Shown: positions 19,434-28,891, counted from the first letter of the stretch. The stretch is DNA of 30,211 nt from Sporichthyaceae bacterium (GCA_040004585.1 JBDUAP010000001.1:1-30211), one strand, 5' to 3'. The notes: generated from the letters alone by a model not told the origin. A program made the numbers and translations.

Positions 19434-19856
19434 TCAGTCGACCGGTTGGAGGTAGCGCGCGAGGAACGCGCGCTCCTCGGGTGAGACCCGTCGTGGCCGC
19501 TGCGCCGTCAGGTCGAAGGGCACTAGCAGCGACGCCGCCCGGGCGAACACCGTGTCGTCGTCGTGCACCTCGTAGCGAATCTCGAAGGACGCACCCTTGA
19601 TCGCGCCGGTCCACAGGTCGATGTCCACGCCGCCCTGGTGATAGACGAGCGGACGGCGGTAGTCGATCTCGTGCCGCGCGACCAGCACACCCTCGGAGAG
19701 CGCCTTCGCCCCGAGCTCGGCGCCGAGCGTGAAGAGCATGTCCACCCGCGCCTCTTCGAGGTAGGTCAGGTAGACGACGTTGTTGACGTGACCGTAGGCG
19801 TCCATGTCCGACCACCGCATCGGGCAGTGGAAGGTGTGTCGCTTGCCGCCGGTCAT
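19434..19856 (-). CDS. Acyl-CoA thioesterase (4HBT/hot-dog fold)
   Basis: RWSDMDAYGHVNNVVYLTYLEEAR, RHEIDYRRPL; start trimmed to ATG 19856. Confidence 0.9.
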   Translation of the reverse strand: MTGGKRHTFHCPMRWSDMDAYGHVNNVVYLTYLEEARVDMLFTLGAELGAKALSEGVLVARHEIDYRRPLVYHQGGVDIDLWTGAIKGASFEIRYEVHDDDTVFARAASLLVPFDLTAQRPRRVSPEERAFLARYLQPVD

Positions 19857-19872
19857 TCGCGAGCGCTTTCGA

Positions 19873-21537
<1,665 letters not shown>

Positions 21538-21618
21538 GCAACCAGCCTAGGTGGCGAATGGCTCACGCCCGAATCGCCGGCCGCGGGAGAGAACGAACAG
21601 CCCCGGCGACAGTGCCCG

Positions 21619-22125
21619 TCAGGCCGCGTCCTGGCCGACGGGCGGGGCGTCCTCGTCGGCCGGCTCGGCGGGTCGAGGTCCGAGCACCTCGCCGGTCTCG
21701 GGGTCGAACGGCTCGTCGAACTCGCTGGCGATCTCGCCGATCAGCTGTCGGTCCGCGCCGGTGCTCACCCCGGCCTTCACGAAGGTGGAACGACCCCACG
21801 AGATGTCGTGGCCGAGCGACCGGGCCTCGATCTCGACCGCGGTGCGCATCACGCCGTCCTTCTCGTAGGAGCTCACCCGAAGCCGACCGTGCACCAGCAG
21901 TGGCTGACCCTTCTCGACCGACTCGACGGCGTTCTCGGCCATCGACCGCCAGCAGGTGACCGTGTAGTAGACGGTGTCCCCGTCGCGCCAGGCATGCAGC
22001 TCCTTGTTGTAGCGCCGCTCGGTCGACGCCAGCCGGAAGCTCGCCACCCGCACCCCCGCCGCCGTCACGCGCATCCGCGTCTCCGACGCGACGTTGCCGG
22101 CCACCGTCACCAAAGTCTCGTTCAC
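21619..22125 (-). CDS. ssb: Single-stranded DNA-binding protein, second paralog (SsbB-like)
   Basis: VTVAGNVA, VASFRLASTERRY, YYTVTCWR..AEN..S..KGQPLLVHGRL, GHDISWG; AGGAGG SD 5 nt before GTG 22125; no canonical C-terminal IPF tip. Confidence 0.88.
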   Translation of the reverse strand: MNETLVTVAGNVASETRMRVTAAGVRVASFRLASTERRYNKELHAWRDGDTVYYTVTCWRSMAENAVESVEKGQPLLVHGRLRVSSYEKDGVMRTAVEIEARSLGHDISWGRSTFVKAGVSTGADRQLIGEIASEFDEPFDPETGEVLGPRPAEPADEDAPPVGQDAA

Positions 22126-22144
22126 ATCAGCCTCCTGATCGCTT

Positions 22145-22166
22145 GTCGGCGGTCCGCACCGCCGAC
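22145..22166. repeat. 9-bp perfect hairpin upstream of ssb
   Basis: GTCGGCGGT-ccgc-ACCGCCGAC, about 20 nt upstream of the ssb start. Confidence 0.55.
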
Positions 22167-22213
22167 CGCGAGGCTCGCCCGTCCGCACCCGAAACCGGAA
22201 GGCCACAACCGCC

Positions 22214-22252
22214 GGCTGTGGACGACAGCGACGTGGGCGCGGCTGTGGATCG
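22214..22252. promoter_or_regulatory. Two DnaA-box-like motifs upstream of ssb
   Basis: Direct repeat GGCTGTGGA at 22214 and 22241. Minus strand reads TCGTCCACA (1 mismatch to TTGTCCACA) and CGATCCACA (2 mismatches to TTATCCACA). Confidence 0.35.
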
Positions 22253-22263
22253 GGCCGCGGCGA

Positions 22264-23904
22264 TCAGCCGGCTCGGGCGCGATCCAGGGCGGTCCGGGCG
22301 GTCTCGTGCCGGGCCAGCTCGGCCTCCACGGGTCCGATGACCAGCCGGTCGGCCACCTCCTCGATGCCCCGCCGCAGGCGGGCCTCGGCGTGCCGACGAC
22401 GACGCCGGGCACCTCTCCGGGCGAGCAGCCGGCCGACCGAGGCGATCAGCAGCCCGAGCAGGACGCCCCCGAGGAAGAGCAGCGTGGGCACGGAGAAGCC
22501 GTGCCAGTCGGGAGTCTTCGGCTCGGGCAGCCGCAGATAGCTGCCGAACGCCAGCAGCCCCAACCAGCCCGCTCCCAGCAGCGCAGCTGCGACCAGCAGC
22601 CACTGGACCACCCCGGTCAGCCGCCACCACATCGGCGTCCGGTCGACGCCGAGATCGGTGCGGATCACGGTCACATCCAGCTCGTCACGCAGGTCCTTGG
22701 CTCGCTGGTCCGCTGCCCGCCGTACGGCCTCCTGCCAGCGCGGTGGCAGGCCCATCCCGGCCGCATCCACGACGCCGCGTACCGCTGTCTCCACCTGCGC
22801 CCGCTGAACCGGCGTCGGCTCCGGGACCGACGAGCGGACCATCGCGCGCACCTCGCGCCGCTCACCCGCGCCGAGCCGCAGCCGGCGCAGCGGGTCGGGC
22901 CGCAGCTTGCGTAACCAGCGGGTGGGTGGCCAGCCCAGCACACCGGCCGACCGCAGCTGCCACGACTTCTCGACCGCCTCGCCGATAACGGGCACGCCTG
23001 CAGACCCGGCGAGCGCCTGCACGAGCTGGGTGCGTTCGGGCCCGCCGATCCCGGCCGGTGTGGCCTCGGCGACCTGGGCGGAGAGCTCGTCGGCAACCGC
23101 CTCGACATCGGCAACCAGCCGGTCATTGCGGGCCCGGCGGCGGCGGACCGCGTCGGCGAGCGCCACGCGCAGCGCATCGACTCCGGCGCCGGTTCGCGCT
23201 GACGTCGTCATCAGCTTGGCCCGACTGAGCCCGTCCTCGTCGATCAGTCGGCGCAGGTCCTCGGCGCAGACTGCTGCGGCGAACGGGTTGAGGGTGTCGG
23301 TCTGGTTGAGCACGAGCAGGGTGACCGCGTCATGCCCGGCCAACTTGCGGAGGTAGCGCTCGTGCAGCGCCGCGTCGGCGTACTTCTGCGGGTCGACCAC
23401 CCACACCAGAAGGTCGACCAGGTCGACCAGCCGGTCAACTTCCAGCCGGTGCTCGGTGGCGGTCGAGTCGTGGTCGGGGAGGTCCAGCAGGACGAGGCCC
23501 TCGAGGTCGCCCTGCTGCGCGAGGTCGAGGTCGCTGTGCTGCCAGGCCGTCTGCCGCCGCGGGACTCCCAGCCACTCGACGAGTGGAGCGGCGCCTTCGA
23601 CCCCCCATACGCAGGCTTGTGCCCGCGACGTCGTCGGCCGGCGCACGCCGACCGGCGAGATGTCGGCACCGGATAACGCGTTGAACAAGGACGACTTGCC
23701 GCTGCCGGTGGCTCCCGCGAGGGCCACGACTGTGTGCTCGCCGGAGAGCCGCAACCGCTCCCCCGCCCGGGCCGCCACGGCTTCCGCCCGGCCAGCCACC
23801 TCGGGGTCGATCCGGCCGTCGGCGGCGGCCAGCGTCTCGTCGAGGGCGATCAGCATCGACGGCAGGTCGGCGCGCCGGTGCCGGCCGCGCAGGAGTCGGC
23901 TCAC
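22264..23904 (-). CDS. Dynamin-like GTPase with C-terminal TM hairpin (DynB/YfjP-like)
   Basis: GATGSGKSS P-loop, RRPTT, LLDLPD, WVVDPQKYAD, LNQTD; two TM helices near the C-terminus; GTGA overlap with the upstream GTPase. Confidence 0.85.
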   Translation of the reverse strand: MSRLLRGRHRRADLPSMLIALDETLAAADGRIDPEVAGRAEAVAARAGERLRLSGEHTVVALAGATGSGKSSLFNALSGADISPVGVRRPTTSRAQACVWGVEGAAPLVEWLGVPRRQTAWQHSDLDLAQQGDLEGLVLLDLPDHDSTATEHRLEVDRLVDLVDLLVWVVDPQKYADAALHERYLRKLAGHDAVTLLVLNQTDTLNPFAAAVCAEDLRRLIDEDGLSRAKLMTTSARTGAGVDALRVALADAVRRRRARNDRLVADVEAVADELSAQVAEATPAGIGGPERTQLVQALAGSAGVPVIGEAVEKSWQLRSAGVLGWPPTRWLRKLRPDPLRRLRLGAGERREVRAMVRSSVPEPTPVQRAQVETAVRGVVDAAGMGLPPRWQEAVRRAADQRAKDLRDELDVTVIRTDLGVDRTPMWWRLTGVVQWLLVAAALLGAGWLGLLAFGSYLRLPEPKTPDWHGFSVPTLLFLGGVLLGLLIASVGRLLARRGARRRRRHAEARLRRGIEEVADRLVIGPVEAELARHETARTALDRARAG

Positions 23905-25592
23905 CGAGCGTCCTCGATGTCCTGTACGGCGGCGCGCAGCGCGGTCCCGGCGTTCTCGTCGACGGCAACGGCGTCCAGCCGCTCGGTGAAGCGGCTCCGT
24001 TCACCTTCGAGCAACAGGCCGACCCGGCGGTGCAAGTCGGCCCGCGCCGTTGCGGCGAGGTCACGGACGGCTTGGTCACCGAGCACAGCCTCGAGGATCT
24101 TCTGGCTCAACGCTGAGGCACCGCCGGCCACTGCCAGCTCTCCCGCGACCAACCCACCCGTGTGCGCGAAGACCACGATCATCGCCATCAGGCCGAGCCC
24201 GTTGACACCGAACGCGAGGTAACGGGCCGTAGCCCGCTTGCCCTGGCCCTGCTCACGGACCAGCTCGAGGACATAGCCCTGCCACTCGCGCACGGCACGG
24301 GCCGTTGCCTCGGCCAACTCAGGAGAGCCGTGCCGCAGGTCGTCTCCGCCGAGCAAAGTCTCCCCGGCCGGGTCGTCCCGCCAGGCGGAGCCGGCCTGGT
24401 CGGCTGCCTCATCGGCGGCTGCGCGGACCAACGCCTCGACGCCGGTCTCCAGGGCCTCGGCGAGCTCGGTGCCGGGCTGGGGGCGACCGCGCAGCGCCGA
24501 GGTCACCCTGTCGCGCACCCGGCCGACCTTCGACTCGAGTGCGCGCATCAGCTCGCCGGTGCCGACGAACTCCTGCCAGCGGGCGAGCACTTCGCCGCGC
24601 AGAAGTGAGCCGTCACCACTGGCGGCGTCGACCCGGATGAGCGCGTCGTCGTACGCGTCGTCGACCTCGCGGCGCAGGCGCGCGACCGCATCGGCCTGGG
24701 CGTCCGCGGATGCTGCGAGGCGGAAGACGCGCCCACCGAGCGACCGGATGGCGCCGGCGAGGGTGTGCCGCACCACGTTGGCGCGCACGGTCGCGTCGGT
24801 CGCCAGGCCATGAAGCCACCCGCGCAACGGCTCGATCACCTCGCGCGGCAGCATCCCGTCGTGCGGCGTGGTCTCGGGCACCACGAACAGCGGCGCACCG
24901 CCGAGGCCCTGTTCGGTCAGCATGGTTGCCAGGTCTGCACGAACCTCGTCCGTTGCACCCTCCGGCACCCGGTCGAGGACAACGGCGACGGCAGTGCCGC
25001 GCGTCACCGCGGCACGCAGGAAGTCCCACGGCACCGCATCGGCGTAGCGGGCGGCCGTCGTCACGAAGATCCACATATCGGCGGCGGCGAGCAGCTGGGT
25101 GGCGAGCTCGCGGTTGGCCGACACGACCGAGTCAATGTCGGGGGCGTCGAGAAGTGCCAGGCCGGCCGGGATGCGCGCGCTGCGCACGAGCTGGAGGCTG
25201 GCGGGATCACTGCTGCTTTCGCTGCTGCGCTCGAGACCCGGCAGGACGCGCCGCTCGTCGAACCACGCCGCGTCGGCCGGGTGGTGGGCGAGCACCGCGG
25301 AGCGGGTGGTCGGGCGCAGGACGCCGGCCGCGCTCACCCGGGCGCCGACCAGGGAGTTGACCAGGGTGGACTTGCCCGCGCCGGTGGGGCCGACGACGAC
25401 GGCGAGCACCGGCGCGTCCAGCCGTCGAAGACGCGGCAGCATGTAGTCGTCGAGCTGGTCGGCGATCTCCTGGCGCAGCCGTCGGGCCGCCTCGGCGTCG
25501 GCGAGGTCGAAGGGGACGCGCAGGTCCGTCACCTGCGCGCCGAGCCGCTCGAGGGCCGCGAGCAGGGGTGCGCTCTCCGCCCCGGCTGTCAC
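23901..25592 (-). CDS. Dynamin-family GTPase (DynA-like)
   Basis: GPTGAGKST, LRPTT, LLDAPDIDS, VTTAARYAD, VLDR, amphipathic/TM paddle region. Start is GTG 25592 or TTG 25601. Confidence 0.85.
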   Translation of the reverse strand: MTAGAESAPLLAALERLGAQVTDLRVPFDLADAEAARRLRQEIADQLDDYMLPRLRRLDAPVLAVVVGPTGAGKSTLVNSLVGARVSAAGVLRPTTRSAVLAHHPADAAWFDERRVLPGLERSSESSSDPASLQLVRSARIPAGLALLDAPDIDSVVSANRELATQLLAAADMWIFVTTAARYADAVPWDFLRAAVTRGTAVAVVLDRVPEGATDEVRADLATMLTEQGLGGAPLFVVPETTPHDGMLPREVIEPLRGWLHGLATDATVRANVVRHTLAGAIRSLGGRVFRLAASADAQADAVARLRREVDDAYDDALIRVDAASGDGSLLRGEVLARWQEFVGTGELMRALESKVGRVRDRVTSALRGRPQPGTELAEALETGVEALVRAAADEAADQAGSAWRDDPAGETLLGGDDLRHGSPELAEATARAVREWQGYVLELVREQGQGKRATARYLAFGVNGLGLMAMIVVFAHTGGLVAGELAVAGGASALSQKILEAVLGDQAVRDLAATARADLHRRVGLLLEGERSRFTERLDAVAVDENAGTALRAAVQDIEDAR

Positions 25593-25679
25593 AAGGTCCA
25601 ATCCTGTCGCACCCGAGCGCGTTTTCGGGGCTCTGCGGTGCGCGCCGCTCCACAGCTTGCCGATTACCCTCGATGCCAG

Positions 25680-25752
25680 GCGCCCGTAGCTCAGCGGATA
25701 GAGCGACTGCCTTCTAAGCAGTTGGTCGCAGGTTCGATCCCTGCCGGGCGCG
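25680..25752 (+). tRNA. tRNA-Arg (anticodon TCT), CCA not encoded
   Basis: Acceptor GCGCCCG/CGGGCGC, D-arm GCTC..GAGC, anticodon arm ACTGC-CTTCTAA-GCAGT (TCT at 25713-25715), T-arm GCAGG-TTCGATC-CCTGC. Confidence 0.97.
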
Positions 25753-25788
25753 CGCGATGGTGTGGCGACCTGAGCTGGAGACCTGAGC

Positions 25789-25833
25789 GGGTCCGCGCCG
25801 CCGCTGTTGCGCCCCGGACGGTGGCGCGGACCC
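25789..25833. terminator. GC-rich stem-loop between convergent tRNA-Arg and peptidase-like gene
   Basis: GGGTCCGCGCCGCCG (25789-25803) pairs with CGGTGGCGCGGACCC (25819-25833), 15 bp with one G-U pair. Confidence 0.6.
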
Positions 25834-25879
25834 TGCCACGACTAACGAGCATGCGTTCGCAACGTCACGCGCGCCTTGA

Positions 25880-28222
25880 TCAGGGAGTTGTCGTCGACTC
25901 CGGCACCGTTGCATCGGTGGAGCCGGCGGTCGGAGCAGGGCTCGTCGGAGAGGCGGGATCGGTCGTCTGGCCGGTGGTCGGTTGACTGCTCGGATCGGTG
26001 CCGGAACTTGGCCCGGCCGTGCCGTCGCCGCCCGGTCCCGCCGACGCGCCGGGGACCGACCCGGGATCGCCGTCGCTGCTGCTGCCGCTCGCCGCAGTCC
26101 CGGCCTCGCTCTCGACGATCGTCCGGATGGCCTGCTGGAACTTGTTCAACTCGGTCTGGAGCTGGCTCAACGGCACGCTCTCGATCCGGTCGCCGAACGC
26201 CAGGAGCTGGGCCCACACCCGGTTCAGCTCGGCCATGGCCGCCGGGCTCAGTGCATCGGGAAGGGTGAGCACCAGCTGCTTGGCCAGCGCGTAGGTCACG
26301 CACAGGACACACTCGTAGTTGACGGCAGCGGCGATGTTCTCGGGCACGACGACGTCAGCCTGCCCGACGATGAGCACTACCTGGAAACCGACGGCGACCG
26401 TCCGGCAGGCGACGCAGCTCGCAAAGGCGTAGGCCTCGTTGCGCTGTTGCGCGTCTGTCCCGTCCGCCCACACGAGCGCGAACGCCACGTCGTAAAACGA
26501 CGATCCGTCTTTGGTGTTGGCGGCCATCGCCTGGTTGTCGTCCGCGTTGACCGGCGCGTCCGGCTTGTTGAAGGGGAAGACCCAGGCCGGCTCCCCGCTA
26601 CCGTCGTGCGGCAGCAGGATCAGGGCGAGCTTGGGCTTGTCCTTGGTGCCCAGGGCGGTGGGGGTGGCGACGACCGATGTCGCGGCAGAGCCGACCTGCC
26701 CTTCCCGAAGGGCGGGAGCCGAGCCGAGACTGGTCTGCGAGACTGCAAGCGAGAGTCCGTCCAGCAGCGTGCCGCGTTCATCGGGCTGGATCGGCCGGTA
26801 CTGGCCGTTTGGCCACCACACCGAGAACAGCCCGAGCAGCAACGCGGCCGCGAGCAGGCCAGCAAGTCCGCGACGGGTCGGGTGGCCTTCGGTCGCCGTC
26901 CACACCTTCTTGGTGGTGCGCCGGACCATCCGCGTGAGCATGTAGGCGACGCCGGCCACGGGAACAGAGATCGCGAGGATCGCGAGGGCCCGCGAGCCAA
27001 CCCCGAAGAAGTCGCCGGCGGCCAGGTAGTCGTTGAGCGAGCTCGCCTGTTTGCGGAGGTTGTCCCACGCCGTGGCCAGGAATCGCGGCAGGACGAGCAC
27101 CATCATGGGCGCCGAGAGCGCGAGCAGAGGTACGACGACCAGCACCCAGGTCGTCACAACGACCCGGGCCCACGGCTTGAGCACGTTGCTCTCTGGCTTG
27201 CGCCAGTGCGTCGGCAGCAACCCGACCAGGGTGGGCTTGATGTGAGAGTAGAGATCGGGGACGCCGGTCAGGTCGGCCAGGATGTGGTAGCCGTCGAAAC
27301 GAACAAGTGGTGCGAGCTGTCGCAGCATCTGCAGCACCTGGGTGGCAATGACCAGCAGGAGGGCGTCCCAGCCGCTGACGGCCCAGATCCCGAGCATCGC
27401 GAGGGCGAAGATCGCGTTGAAGTACAGGCCTCCGAGGTCGACCCTGACCCGGCCTGCCCGTCCGAGGCTGTAGGAGTCGTTCACGTCGGTGTAGAAGGCT
27501 GGCCAGACCAGGTAGAGCCCCGTGCCCATCGCGCCCGGTGTGGCACCGCCATAGCGGCACGCCGCGGCGTGGCCGAACTTATGGAAGCCGGCCGAGAGGA
27601 CCGTGAGGGCAAAGACCAACAGGATGAGCCCCGGCTTGTCGAAGGCTTGGTGAGCCGCGCCCGCGAGTCCCGTCTCGAACAGGACCCAGCCTGCGGCCAC
27701 GGCAAATGCGATGCCGACCACAGCCACCACGACGGGGGCGAAAAGAGCCGCGAACGGCGCCGTGATGCGCCGGGTCTTCTCGGGGTCGGACACGACAAAG
27801 CGCCAGCGCAGGCCCAGCAGCGGGTTGGACTTCTTGACCTCGGGCTCAGAGCCGTCGGCCTCGCGCAGAACGCCGAGCGGACGCAACTTTTCCTCGGTCA
27901 CGTGGCGGACGTCATCGGCGCTCGCGACCTTGCCGAACTTCTCACTGACGACGGATGTGATCTCTGCGTGGTCGCGGCGGCTGTCGATCGCCTCGAGCAC
28001 GAGATAGCGCAGTCTGGTGAGCTGGATCGTCTGCCCGTCGGCGCGGCGCACCAGGGATGGCGCCTTCCGGTAACCAGAACCGGGTAGCTCACCGACCAGC
28101 TCGACACCTGTAGCCCGGACCGGCACTCCGTCGCCCGGGGACGCCTCGGCCGGACCCCTCGGCGTGGTGGCCGAGGGGTCCGAGGGCGCACGCGTCCCTG
28201 GCGACGGAGTAACCGCGGTCAC
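25880..28222 (-). CDS. PqqD/RRE-like domain + M50/YydH-like membrane metallopeptidase (HExxH mutated to HKFGH) + C-terminal 2xCxxC domain
   Basis: N-terminal three-strand/three-helix pattern (LVRRADGQTIQLT..YLVLEAID....AEI...VSE..G); FHKFGHAAAC, AFYTDV, RVDLGGLYFN, PLVRFDGYHILADL; multiple TM helices; C-terminal CVAC and CVLC; Pro/Thr/Ser tail. Confidence 0.8.
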   Translation of the reverse strand: MTAVTPSPGTRAPSDPSATTPRGPAEASPGDGVPVRATGVELVGELPGSGYRKAPSLVRRADGQTIQLTRLRYLVLEAIDSRRDHAEITSVVSEKFGKVASADDVRHVTEEKLRPLGVLREADGSEPEVKKSNPLLGLRWRFVVSDPEKTRRITAPFAALFAPVVVAVVGIAFAVAAGWVLFETGLAGAAHQAFDKPGLILLVFALTVLSAGFHKFGHAAACRYGGATPGAMGTGLYLVWPAFYTDVNDSYSLGRAGRVRVDLGGLYFNAIFALAMLGIWAVSGWDALLLVIATQVLQMLRQLAPLVRFDGYHILADLTGVPDLYSHIKPTLVGLLPTHWRKPESNVLKPWARVVVTTWVLVVVPLLALSAPMMVLVLPRFLATAWDNLRKQASSLNDYLAAGDFFGVGSRALAILAISVPVAGVAYMLTRMVRRTTKKVWTATEGHPTRRGLAGLLAAALLLGLFSVWWPNGQYRPIQPDERGTLLDGLSLAVSQTSLGSAPALREGQVGSAATSVVATPTALGTKDKPKLALILLPHDGSGEPAWVFPFNKPDAPVNADDNQAMAANTKDGSSFYDVAFALVWADGTDAQQRNEAYAFASCVACRTVAVGFQVVLIVGQADVVVPENIAAAVNYECVLCVTYALAKQLVLTLPDALSPAAMAELNRVWAQLLAFGDRIESVPLSQLQTELNKFQQAIRTIVESEAGTAASGSSSDGDPGSVPGASAGPGGDGTAGPSSGTDPSSQPTTGQTTDPASPTSPAPTAGSTDATVPESTTTP

Positions 28223-28231
28223 GAGTGCTGG

Positions 28232-28891
28232 CTACTGGGTGATGTCGGACGTCTGGTCGGCGTTGGCCTCGGCCGTCACGTCGTCCAGGTGCTGGTTGAT
28301 CGAGACATCCTGGTCAGCAAGCGCCGCAGAGGACGACAGCGCCGACGCGATGTTGGCCGAGACGGCCGCGTCGATCGGAGCCGCGACGTTCGCATTGGCA
28401 GCCACCGCACCGGCGACCGGTGCCGCGATGTCGGCGTCGATGCCGATGTCGGCGTCGATGTTCAGCAGGTCGCCATCCAGCAGTGCCTCGGGGCTCGGCG
28501 TCGGTGCGGTCACGCCGCCCGTGCCGCCGGTTGGAGGCGGCGGAACGGCAGTGCCGCCCGCGTCGAAAGTGTCGTTGCTCTGGTCGATCGTCGAGTCCTG
28601 CGGGGCGTTGGCGATCGCCACGCCGGAGATGCCCTGGTCGATTGTTCCGTGCTGGGTGGCCATCGCGGCGGATTCAGACCCGATAGACAACACGTTCGCG
28701 GAGACCGCGGCGTTGATCGGGGCTGCCACGTTCGCGTTGGCGGCGCCCGCCAGGTCGATCGGCGCGGCCACGTCGAGTGCGGCGTCGAGATCAATGTTGA
28801 GGTCGAGCAGGGAGATGACCTCCTTGTTCGGCAGCGCGGTGCCAGCCTCGGCTGCGAGGTCCTCGCTGGAAAGGCGTGGTTCGTCGCTCAT
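28232..28891 (-). CDS. 219-aa acidic leader-bearing repeat protein (putative precursor/structural subunit)
   Basis: ATG 28891 with GGAG 6 nt upstream plus AGGAG further up. Leader MSDEPRLSSEDLAAEAGTALPNKEVIS, then two ~78-aa repeats split by a Gly/Pro/Thr linker. Stop is 9 nt before the next gene's GTG. Confidence 0.8.
   Translation of the reverse strand: MSDEPRLSSEDLAAEAGTALPNKEVISLLDLNIDLDAALDVAAPIDLAGAANANVAAPINAAVSANVLSIGSESAAMATQHGTIDQGISGVAIANAPQDSTIDQSNDTFDAGGTAVPPPPTGGTGGVTAPTPSPEALLDGDLLNIDADIGIDADIAAPVAGAVAANANVAAPIDAAVSANIASALSSSAALADQDVSINQHLDDVTAEANADQTSDITQ
28235..28810 (-). repeat. Intragenic duplication: repeat 1 (aa 28-104, 28580-28810) and repeat 2 (aa 142-219, 28235-28468)
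   Basis: Hand alignment needs one single-residue gap; core AANANVAAPI[N/D]AAVSAN is 16/17 identical. Confidence 0.85.

Noticed and set aside
25767-25788. Short direct repeat GACCTGAGC x2 after the tRNA
   Set aside because: Only 9 bp, not derived from the tRNA 3' end; could be chance.
28232-28891. Assignment of the repeat protein to curlin, FapC, chaplin or gas-vesicle families
   Set aside because: Lacks the exact curlin QxGxxN spacing, the FapC GNxGVN/QQxN motif, the chaplin Cys/GN motifs and a Sec signal; only compositional analogy is supportable.
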